From: Armatimonadota bacterium
Lineage (GTDB): Bacteria; Sysuimicrobiota; Sysuimicrobiia; Sysuimicrobiales; Humicultoraceae
DNA: 13,903 nucleotides
NCBI GenBank assembly: GCA_052386995.1
Contig: JBQTJP010000077.1
Coordinates: 1 to 13,903 of the forward strand
Direction: 5' to 3'
Shown: piece after piece, positions 7,435 to 13,903 of the stretch
Numbering within the stretch: position 1 is the first letter of the stretch
Layout: every line of letters starts with the position of its first letter
Notes under the pieces: model-generated
The model's database searches: none
Told to the model about the DNA's origin: nothing
What the model saw: the letters and a program-made list of their open reading frames with translations, nothing else
Translations under genes and position numbers: made by a program

Positions 7435-8117
7435 TCCTGGAAGTCGCCAGGAGTCTCCTCGAGGTCCTCCTGCACCTCGATCAGCACCTGGACGCGATCA
7501 TCCGGACGTACGGCGTCTGGGCGTACCTGATCCTCTTCGTCGTGATCTTCTGCGAGACCGGGCTCGTCGTGACGCCGTTTCTCCCCGGCGACTCATTGCT
7601 GTTCGCGGCCGGCACGATTGCCGCGCGCGGGACGCTGGACGTCGGGATCCTGGCCATCGCGCTCGTGGTGGCCGCGGTGGCCGGAGACGCCGCGAACTAC
7701 TGGATCGGCCGTCTCGCCGGCACGCGCATCCTGCGCGCGCAGGGGAGATGGTACCTGAGGCAGGAACACCTGGACCGCACGCACGCCTTCTATGAGCGGC
7801 ACGGCGCGAAGACGATCATCCTGGCGCGCTTCGTTCCTATCATCCGGACGTTTGCGCCGTTTGTCGCGGGCCTCGGGAGGATGACCTACTCCCGGTTCAC
7901 GGTCTACAACGTGACCGGAGGGATCGCGTGGATCCTCATTTTCGTGCTCGGCGGATACTACTTCGGGAACCTCCCCGCGGTGCGGCGAAACTTCACCCTG
8001 GTCATCCTGGGAGTGATCGTCGTCTCTGTGCTCCCCATCGTCGTCGCCGTTGTGCGCGACCGGTCCCGCGCACGCGACACGAGCAGGAACCGCCGAGGCC
8101 GGAACGGAAACCGTTGA
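7431..8117 (+). CDS. dedA: DedA family membrane protein
   Basis: FCETGLVVTPFLPGDSLLF, GDAANYWIG and ARFVPIIRTFAPFVAG motifs. GTGA overlap with the upstream stop. Confidence 0.93.
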   Translation: MILEVARSLLEVLLHLDQHLDAIIRTYGVWAYLILFVVIFCETGLVVTPFLPGDSLLFAAGTIAARGTLDVGILAIALVVAAVAGDAANYWIGRLAGTRILRAQGRWYLRQEHLDRTHAFYERHGAKTIILARFVPIIRTFAPFVAGLGRMTYSRFTVYNVTGGIAWILIFVLGGYYFGNLPAVRRNFTLVILGVIVVSVLPIVVAVVRDRSRARDTSRNRRGRNGNR

Positions 8118-8153
8118 GGACGTCCCAGATTCGCCAAGGAGGGATTTGATCGT

Positions 8154-9713
8154 ATGCGAAGAGTCCTGGCCCTTATGGCCTCGATAATGTTGCTGGGGGC
8201 GCTTGTCATCTCTGCGTCCGCCGCCCCGGCTGTGGCTCCCACGCGCGGAGGGGTGATGATCATCGGCCACGGCACAGACGCGGTGATCCTCGACAGCGCC
8301 ACCGCGACCGATGCACCCACGTTCACCATCTTGGAACACGTCGTGGAGACACTCTTCGAGTTGACCGCCGAAGGCAAAGTCCGGCCGCGCCTGGCGCTCT
8401 CGCAGACAGTGTCCCCCGACGGGAAGACCTGGACGTTCCGCCTGCGGACCGGCGTTCGGTTCCACGACGGAACCCCGTTTGACGCGGAAGCGGCGAAGTT
8501 CAACCTCGACCGCGTGCTGGACACCGCGACCCGCTCGCCGTGGCGATTCCTGATCAGCCGAATCACGTCGGTCACGGCGGTCGACGCCTCGACCATCCGC
8601 CTGGTCACCGACGCCCCGTTTGCGCCTCTCCTGGCGCACCTGACGCACGGCGGGATGGGGATGCAGAGTCCCACCGCCATCCGCCGTCTCGGTGCTGACT
8701 ATGCCCGCCAGCCCGTGGGCACCGGCGTCTTCAAGTTCAAGGAGTGGGTGCGCGGCGATCGGGTCTCCGTCACCCGTAACGACGACTTCTGGGGGGACAA
8801 GGCGTTCCTGGACGAAGTGCAGTTCCGCGTGATCCCAGACGACGGTGCGCGCCTGGCGGCGCTGGAGGCAGGTTCCATTCACGTCGCCGTCCGCGTGCCC
8901 CCACGTGAGATCGAGCGTCTGAAGAACGCCAGCGGGCTCAGCGTCGAGGTTTCTACCAGCCTCCGCACCATCTTCGTGGCGTTCAACGTGACACGTCCGC
9001 CGTTCACCGACAGGCGCCTCCGCCAGGCAGTGAATTACGCGGTGAACAAACGGGCAATCGTGGCGTCCGCGCTGGCGGGGACGGCCCGAGTCTCCGACGC
9101 GCCGATCGCACCGAACGTCGAAGGATATTCCCAGGTTCCCGGATACGATTGGGATCTCGATCGGGCCGCGGCGCTGCTGCGGGAGGCCGGCTACAGCCGC
9201 GAGCGGCCGCTGCGCGCTGTGTTCCACCACCCGTCGGGACGGTACATCCGCGACGCCGAGATTGCGGCCAGCATCCAGGGGCTCGCCCGGCGCGTCGGGA
9301 TCGAACTCGAGTTGAGGACCCTGGAGTTCGGCGCCTATATTGCGCTGACTGCCCGGCCGCAGGCACAGAACGACATCCAGATGTACATGCTCGGCTGGGG
9401 TACGGTCACCGGTGACGCCGACTACGGCCTCTACGCCCTGTTCCATTCCTCGCAGTGGCCGCCGGTGGGGTTCAACCGCGGCTTCTACAAGAACGACCGT
9501 GTGGATGCGCTGCTCGACCGGGGCCGGGTCACGATCGATCAGGGCGAGCGCGACAAGATCTACGCGGAGGCGATGAAGATCATCACCGACGACGCCGCAT
9601 GGCTCTTCCTGCACAGCGAGTCGCAGGTGACCGGCGTCCGGAGCGCCGCGCAGGGTGTCATCATTCACCCGGCCGAGCGCGTGATGTTCACTCGGGCGTG
9701 GCTGCGACGCTGA
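8154..9713 (+). CDS. ABC transporter substrate-binding protein, family 5 (DppA/OppA/GsiB-like)
   Basis: SD AAGGAGG, Sec-type signal without lipobox Cys, VSPDGKTWTFRLRTGVRFHDGTPFDAEA, PVGTGVFKF, PPFTDRRLRQAVNYAVNK. 519 aa. Confidence 0.95.
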   Translation: MRRVLALMASIMLLGALVISASAAPAVAPTRGGVMIIGHGTDAVILDSATATDAPTFTILEHVVETLFELTAEGKVRPRLALSQTVSPDGKTWTFRLRTGVRFHDGTPFDAEAAKFNLDRVLDTATRSPWRFLISRITSVTAVDASTIRLVTDAPFAPLLAHLTHGGMGMQSPTAIRRLGADYARQPVGTGVFKFKEWVRGDRVSVTRNDDFWGDKAFLDEVQFRVIPDDGARLAALEAGSIHVAVRVPPREIERLKNASGLSVEVSTSLRTIFVAFNVTRPPFTDRRLRQAVNYAVNKRAIVASALAGTARVSDAPIAPNVEGYSQVPGYDWDLDRAAALLREAGYSRERPLRAVFHHPSGRYIRDAEIAASIQGLARRVGIELELRTLEFGAYIALTARPQAQNDIQMYMLGWGTVTGDADYGLYALFHSSQWPPVGFNRGFYKNDRVDALLDRGRVTIDQGERDKIYAEAMKIITDDAAWLFLHSESQVTGVRSAAQGVIIHPAERVMFTRAWLRR

Positions 9714-9737
9714 CGAGTAGGGGAATGTAGCGGGTCG

Positions 9738-9765
9738 AGGGGAGAGGAAGGGCTTCCTCTCCCCT
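9738..9765 (+). other. Strong intercistronic stem-loop after the binding-protein gene (mRNA-stabilising or attenuating)
   Basis: AGGGGAGAGGAA (9738-9749) / GGGC / TTCCTCTCCCCT (9754-9765), a perfect 12-bp stem with no U-tract. Confidence 0.7.
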
Positions 9766-9782
9766 TCTCGCGTCCGCCGACT

Positions 9783-10703
9783 GTGTGGGCGTATATCGCG
9801 AAGCGGCTGCTGCTGGCCATTCCGGTCATCCTCGGCGTGGCCTTCGTGGTTTTTGCCATGGTGCGGGTCATCCCTGGGGATCCGGCACAGATCATGGCCG
9901 GGGAGGCCGCGACGGAGGAGTTCGTCGAGGCGGTGCGCAAGGACCTGGGCCTCGACCGGCCGCTGCTCACGCAATTCGCGTCGTTTGTGGGCAACGCGCT
10001 GCGCGGCGACTTCGGCCGCTCCGTGCGATCGAAAGCGCCCGTGACCATTGAACTGCGGGCGCGCATCCCCAACACCATCAGCCTCACGATCGCAGGCCTG
10101 GTCGTCGCCGTCGCGGTCGGCGTGAGCGCCGGCGTCATTTCGGCCATCCGACCCTACTCGCTGATCGACGCGGCCGTGATGCTCGTGGCGCTGGCGGGTC
10201 TCTCGATGCCCGTGTTCTGGTCGGGGCTGATGCTGATCCTGGTCTTTGCGGTCTGGCTGGGCTGGCTGCCGGCGGTCGGCACGGGCACGCCCGTGCACCT
10301 GATCCTGCCGGCGGTGACCCTGGGGATGGCGACCGCGGCCATCATCGCGCGGATGACCCGCTCGAGCATGCTCGAGGTCCTCCGGTCGGACTATATCCGT
10401 ACGGCGCGGGCGAAAGGGCTGGCGGAGCGGTCGGTGATCAACCGCCACGCCTTTCGCAACGCTCTGATTCCGGTGATTACCGTGGTCGGACTACAGATGG
10501 GCACGCTGCTGTCCGGCGCCGTACTGACCGAGAGCGTCTTCGCCTGGCCGGGGATCGGCCGCCTGCTGGTGGAAGGCATCCTCACCCGCGACTACCCACT
10601 CGTCCAGGCCTCGGTGCTGGTGGTCGCGCTGGCGTTCGTGCTCGTGAACCTCTTCGTGGATCTGCTGTACGCGGTCGTCGATCCGCGCATCCATTATGAA
10701 TAG
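9783..10703 (+). CDS. Peptide/nickel ABC transporter permease (DppB/OppB-like)
   Basis: YIAKRLLLAIP, PGDPA, LGLDRP, EAA loop DYIRTARAKGL, ESVFAWPGIG, C-terminal DPRI. 306 aa. Confidence 0.95.
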   Translation: MWAYIAKRLLLAIPVILGVAFVVFAMVRVIPGDPAQIMAGEAATEEFVEAVRKDLGLDRPLLTQFASFVGNALRGDFGRSVRSKAPVTIELRARIPNTISLTIAGLVVAVAVGVSAGVISAIRPYSLIDAAVMLVALAGLSMPVFWSGLMLILVFAVWLGWLPAVGTGTPVHLILPAVTLGMATAAIIARMTRSSMLEVLRSDYIRTARAKGLAERSVINRHAFRNALIPVITVVGLQMGTLLSGAVLTESVFAWPGIGRLLVEGILTRDYPLVQASVLVVALAFVLVNLFVDLLYAVVDPRIHYE

Positions 10704-10726
10704 GATCAACTATGAATAGGATCAAC
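10695..10726. repeat. Perfect 16-bp tandem duplication spanning the permease stop codon
   Basis: TATGAATAGGATCAAC at 10695-10710 and again at 10711-10726. Confidence 0.95.
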
Positions 10727-10761
10727 CGAGGCCATCCCCACGTGCCGGCCGCGCGCACGCC

Positions 10762-11667
10762 GTGATGGCGACCGCGGAGTCGGTCGCGCCCGACCCGCAA
10801 GCGGGTACCCCACCCGAGCGCCCGACGCGGACCCGCGTCGGGATGGTGTGGACGCAGCTCCGCCGCAACCGGGCCGGGCTGATCGGCCTCGGGATCCTGG
10901 TGCTCTTTCTGTTCGCCGGCCTGTTCGCCTCGCGGCTCGCTCCGCACGATCCTTATGAGATCATGCTCGAGTCGGGCCTGAAGAAGCCGAGCGGCGAGTA
11001 CTGGCTGGGACAGGACGAGCTGGGCCGGGACCTGCTCAGCCGGATCATCTACGGCGCGCGGCTCTCGATGGTCATCGGCGCGATCGCGGTGGCGATCGGG
11101 GTCGGCTTCGGGGTGCCGATCGGCGCGCTCTCCGGCTACTTCGGCGGATGGGCTGATCTATTAACGCAGCGCGTGATCGACGTCATGCTGGCCTTTCCCG
11201 GGATCCTCCTGGCGATCGTGTTGGTGGCCATCCTCGGCGTGGGGCTGCCCCAAGTGATGGTGGCTGTCGGTATCGTGTCGATCCCGACGTACGCGCGTCT
11301 GGTGCGCGGTCAGGTTCTCGCGATGCGCGGCCAGGAGTTCGTCGACGCGGCGAGGGCGCTCGGCGCGACCAGCAGCCGGATCATCTGGCGGCACGTCCTC
11401 CCCAATACGCTGGCAGTCATCATCGTGCAGTCCACGCTGCAGTTCGCCTCGGCGATCCTCTCGGCCGCCGCGCTCGGATTCCTGGGGTTGGGCGCACAGC
11501 CGCCCGCCGCCGAATGGGGATCGATGCTGAGTAACGCGCGGCAATACATCCGGCTCGCTCCGCACAGCGTCGCGTTTCCTGGCGTCGCGATCATGCTGAC
11601 CGTGCTCGGCTTTAACCTGCTGGGCGACGCCGTGCGCGATGCGCTTGACCCCCGGATGCGCGTGTAG
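10762..11667 (+). CDS. Peptide/nickel ABC transporter permease (DppC/OppC-like)
   Basis: WLGQDELGRDLLSRIIYGAR, EFVDAARALGA, HVLPN, EWGSML, LGDAVRDALDPR. Start is GTG 10762 or ATG 10765. No evident SD. Confidence 0.95.
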   Translation: MMATAESVAPDPQAGTPPERPTRTRVGMVWTQLRRNRAGLIGLGILVLFLFAGLFASRLAPHDPYEIMLESGLKKPSGEYWLGQDELGRDLLSRIIYGARLSMVIGAIAVAIGVGFGVPIGALSGYFGGWADLLTQRVIDVMLAFPGILLAIVLVAILGVGLPQVMVAVGIVSIPTYARLVRGQVLAMRGQEFVDAARALGATSSRIIWRHVLPNTLAVIIVQSTLQFASAILSAAALGFLGLGAQPPAAEWGSMLSNARQYIRLAPHSVAFPGVAIMLTVLGFNLLGDAVRDALDPRMRV

Positions 11668-11714
11668 TCACCGGCAACTCGATGTGGACCGAGTACGGAA
11701 TCGGCCGGGATGGT

Positions 11715-11743
11715 TTGACATGCGCGCTAACGAATTCTACCAT
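11715..11743 (+). promoter_or_regulatory. Sigma-70-type promoter of the speD-like gene
   Basis: TTGACA (11715-11720), 17 nt, TACCAT (11738-11743), in a locally AT-rich intergenic patch. Confidence 0.8.
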
Positions 11744-11750
11744 TAGAATT
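11733..11750. promoter_or_regulatory. Palindromic operator candidate overlapping the -10 element
   Basis: AATTCTA-CCAT-TAGAATT, a perfect 7-4-7 AT-rich inverted repeat. Confidence 0.6.
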
Positions 11751-11809
11751 TGTGCGGTCCGGCGCGCGCGCCGGATCAGCCTGGCGGGATCGCCCGAGGG
11801 AGGTGGGAG

Positions 11810-12286
11810 GTGGAACCGGTCGGACATCATTATGTCGCCGAGGCATCGGGGTGCGACCCCGAGATTCTCGGCAGGGTCGACAAAGTTGAGCAGATTCTTG
11901 TCCGCGCGGCCGCGGTGGCAAACGTCACGATCTGGTCGATCTCCTTCCACCGCTTCGCGCCCAACGGCGTGTCCGGTGTCGTGGTCATCTCGGAATCCCA
12001 CATGTCGGTGCATACCTGGCCGGAACTCGGCTATGCTGCCCTGGACATCTTCACGTGCGGGGACGGCGCGAAACCCGAGGCCGCGGTGGAGTATGCGCTC
12101 AAGGAGTTCGGCGCCAAGACCATGCACATCACCGAGGTGACCCGCGGGCTGCAGGAGGGCGACCGGCTCTTCTACCACAGCATCGTCACGTGGGAGGAGA
12201 CGCTACCCACCCGCGACGGCCAGCGTCGGTCTCGACCGAGCAAGCGTCCGAAGCATCCGGTGCGCCGGGCGATCCGCGCTCGCTGA
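11810..12286 (+). CDS. speD: S-adenosylmethionine decarboxylase family pyruvoyl proenzyme (SpeD/SpeH type) with C-terminal extension
   Basis: GTG 11810 after GGAGG. VGHHYVAEASGC, FHRFAPNGVSGVVVISESHMSVHTWPELGYAALDIFTCG with the E-S self-cleavage site. 158 aa. Substrate uncertain. Confidence 0.88.
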   Translation: MEPVGHHYVAEASGCDPEILGRVDKVEQILVRAAAVANVTIWSISFHRFAPNGVSGVVVISESHMSVHTWPELGYAALDIFTCGDGAKPEAAVEYALKEFGAKTMHITEVTRGLQEGDRLFYHSIVTWEETLPTRDGQRRSRPSKRPKHPVRRAIRAR

Positions 12287-12363
12287 CGCACGGCAGCACC
12301 AGGGGGCGCGCCGCGCTCAACCAAGCCGGGGCGCCCTCGTCTCTAATTCAGGGGGGATCAGTC

Positions 12364-13326
12364 ATGCGTGCGGTAATTCTGCTGGTGCTCATCTGCGGGC
12401 TGGCTCTCGCGGTGGCGGGCCCTGCGGGCTCGGGCCCCGCGGGCCTGGGGCGCTGGGAGGCGCGCGCCCCGATGCTCACCGACCGGACGGAGGTCGCCGG
12501 CGCGGCCATAGGGACACGCGTCTTCATCATCGGTGGATTTATCCCCGGCGGCACGACAGGGAGTCTCGAGGAATACGACGTCGCGGCCAACACCTGGCGC
12601 ACCCGGGCGCCGCTCCCGGCCGGACTGACACTGCATCATGCGGTCATGGTCGCGGTGGGGCAGCGCATTTTTGCCCTCGGAGGATTCACACCGGCCTGGG
12701 CACCGCTTAACCACACCTGGGAGTACGATCCGGCCGCCGACGCCTGGCGTGCGCGCGCGCCGATGAGTGAAGCGCGCGGGGGGCTGGCTGCCGCGGTGCA
12801 CGGCGATCGCATCTATGTCTTCTCAGGAACCGCCGCCGACGGGCGGGACACGCCGATCACAGAAGAGTATGATCCCGTGGGGAACACGTGGCGCCGGCGC
12901 GCACCGATTCCGACCCCGCGCAACCACCATGCCGCGTCCACCGTCGGTGGTAGGATTTACACGTTTGTGGGTCGTGCCCCGGGTCGCGGCAACGTGAACG
13001 TGACGGAGATCTACGATCCGGCGACCGACACGTGGTCGACCGGCGCGCCGATTCCGACCGCGCGCAGCGGCATCGCCTCGGCCGCGCTCGGAGGGCGGAT
13101 CTATGTCTTCGGCGGCGAGCTCGGGCGGCCGACGACGTATCCCGAGAACGAGGCGTACGACCCGGCGACCAACGCCTGGAGCGCCCGCGCGCCGTTGCCG
13201 ACGCCCCGCCACGGGCTGGCGGCGGTCGTGGTCGGCGAGCGCATCTACGTGATCTCCGGCGGGCCGCGGCCGGGAGGCAGCTTCAGCAACTCCAACGAGG
13301 TGTTCGTTCCAGAGGAGGGGCGGTAG
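12364..13326 (+). CDS. Secreted six-bladed Kelch-repeat beta-propeller protein
   Basis: ATG 12364 after GGGGGA, signal peptide MRAVILLVLICGLALAVA, six repeats of W...AP(M/L/I)...R....A....GxR(I/V)(Y/F)..GG with (E/A/I)YD(P/V) linkers. 320 aa. Confidence 0.9.
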   Translation: MRAVILLVLICGLALAVAGPAGSGPAGLGRWEARAPMLTDRTEVAGAAIGTRVFIIGGFIPGGTTGSLEEYDVAANTWRTRAPLPAGLTLHHAVMVAVGQRIFALGGFTPAWAPLNHTWEYDPAADAWRARAPMSEARGGLAAAVHGDRIYVFSGTAADGRDTPITEEYDPVGNTWRRRAPIPTPRNHHAASTVGGRIYTFVGRAPGRGNVNVTEIYDPATDTWSTGAPIPTARSGIASAALGGRIYVFGGELGRPTTYPENEAYDPATNAWSARAPLPTPRHGLAAVVVGERIYVISGGPRPGGSFSNSNEVFVPEEGR

Positions 13327-13335
13327 CCGCGGTCG

Positions 13336-13903
13336 GTGCTGACGCACGAAGTTCGCAGCGCCCCGTTTAAGCGTCCGCAAAAGCCGGCGTGGTCACGGCT
13401 GGTCACATTGTCGTTCGCGCATTTCACAAACGACCTGTTCGCCGCATTTCTCGCGCCGCTGCTCCCGCTGGTCGTCGCGAAATTCAATCTGTCCTTCGTG
13501 CTCGCCGGGTTGATGGGTACGTCATTCAACACGACCGCCGCGTTTGCCCAGCCCCTCTTCGGAATGGCGGCGGATCGCATCAACCGTCCGATATTTACCA
13601 TCATAGGACCGCTGCTGACGGTCATCGGGATGGGGCTGCTCGGCCTGTCGCCATCCTACGCCGTCATGCTCGCGGTGCTCTTTGTGACAGGGGTGGGGAC
13701 CGCATCGTTCCATCCACAGTCGTTTGCCCTTGCCGGAGCCGCGGGCGGTGACCGGCGCGGCACCGGCCTCTCGGTATTCGTCGCAGGGGGAGAGCTGGGC
13801 TATGCGCTGGGGCCGCTTTACGCCGCACTGGTCGTTGGAACACTCGGACTGTCCGGCACGGTGGTGGCGGGGCTGCCCGGCCTGGCGGCCTGCATCGTCG
13901 TGT
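13336..13903 (+). CDS. MFS transporter, Fsr (fosmidomycin-resistance)-like, truncated by the window end
   Basis: Own translation (not in the track because it has no stop): LSFAHFTNDLFAAFLAPLLP, AQPLFGMAADR, GVGTASFHPQS, RGTGLSVFVAGGELGYALGPL. The GTG start at 13336 is uncertain. Confidence 0.88.
   Translation, partial: MLTHEVRSAPFKRPQKPAWSRLVTLSFAHFTNDLFAAFLAPLLPLVVAKFNLSFVLAGLMGTSFNTTAAFAQPLFGMAADRINRPIFTIIGPLLTVIGMGLLGLSPSYAVMLAVLFVTGVGTASFHPQSFALAGAAGGDRRGTGLSVFVAGGELGYALGPLYAALVVGTLGLSGTVVAGLPGLAACIVV

Noticed and set aside
9711..9785. Binding-protein TGA is in frame and open through to the permease, with a hairpin downstream (possible readthrough fusion)
   Set aside because: The binding protein ends with a normal family-5 C-terminus, there is no Cys-equivalent context, and a 23-codon open stretch is expected by chance in GC-rich DNA.
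7593..10448. 951-aa minus-strand ORF, and the other long antisense ORFs in the track
   Set aside because: They lie opposite well-supported genes, have Arg/His/Gly-rich low-information sequence and show no motifs. They are shadow ORFs of GC-biased codon usage.
13324..13338. Kelch TAG in frame with the MFS gene (possible amber readthrough fusion)
   Set aside because: Both proteins look complete separately, a secreted domain fused to a cytoplasmic MFS N-terminus is topologically unlikely, and nothing supports recoding.

Overview
GC-rich, densely coding bacterial window with no mobile elements, CRISPR arrays, rRNA or tRNA that I can see. In order it holds: the 3' end of a metallo-beta-lactamase-fold hydrolase, then leucyl aminopeptidase and an ornithine cyclodeaminase/mu-crystallin protein (both minus strand), a small glutaredoxin-like gene missing from the ORF track, and a membrane hypothetical (minus). 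A plus-strand run follows: YceI, M20 dipeptidase, membrane diguanylate cyclase, DedA, a peptide ABC binding protein and two permeases (no ATPase), a SpeD-family decarboxylase with its own promoter, a secreted Kelch protein and a partial Fsr-like MFS transporter. The main result is the hidden gene at 2964-3203. It reads as a 79-aa glutaredoxin-like protein with two in-frame TGA codons, one in a UPTC active site and one in a C-terminal G-U-H-I-stop tail. Each TGA is followed by a similar SECIS-like hairpin (7-bp stem, 5-nt loop starting CG). A perfect Gram-positive-type LexA box (CGAAC-ATAC-GTTCG) sits 4 nt before its ribosome binding site. Together these suggest an SOS-controlled, two-selenocysteine redoxin. 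Recoding and regulation are inferred, not demonstrated.
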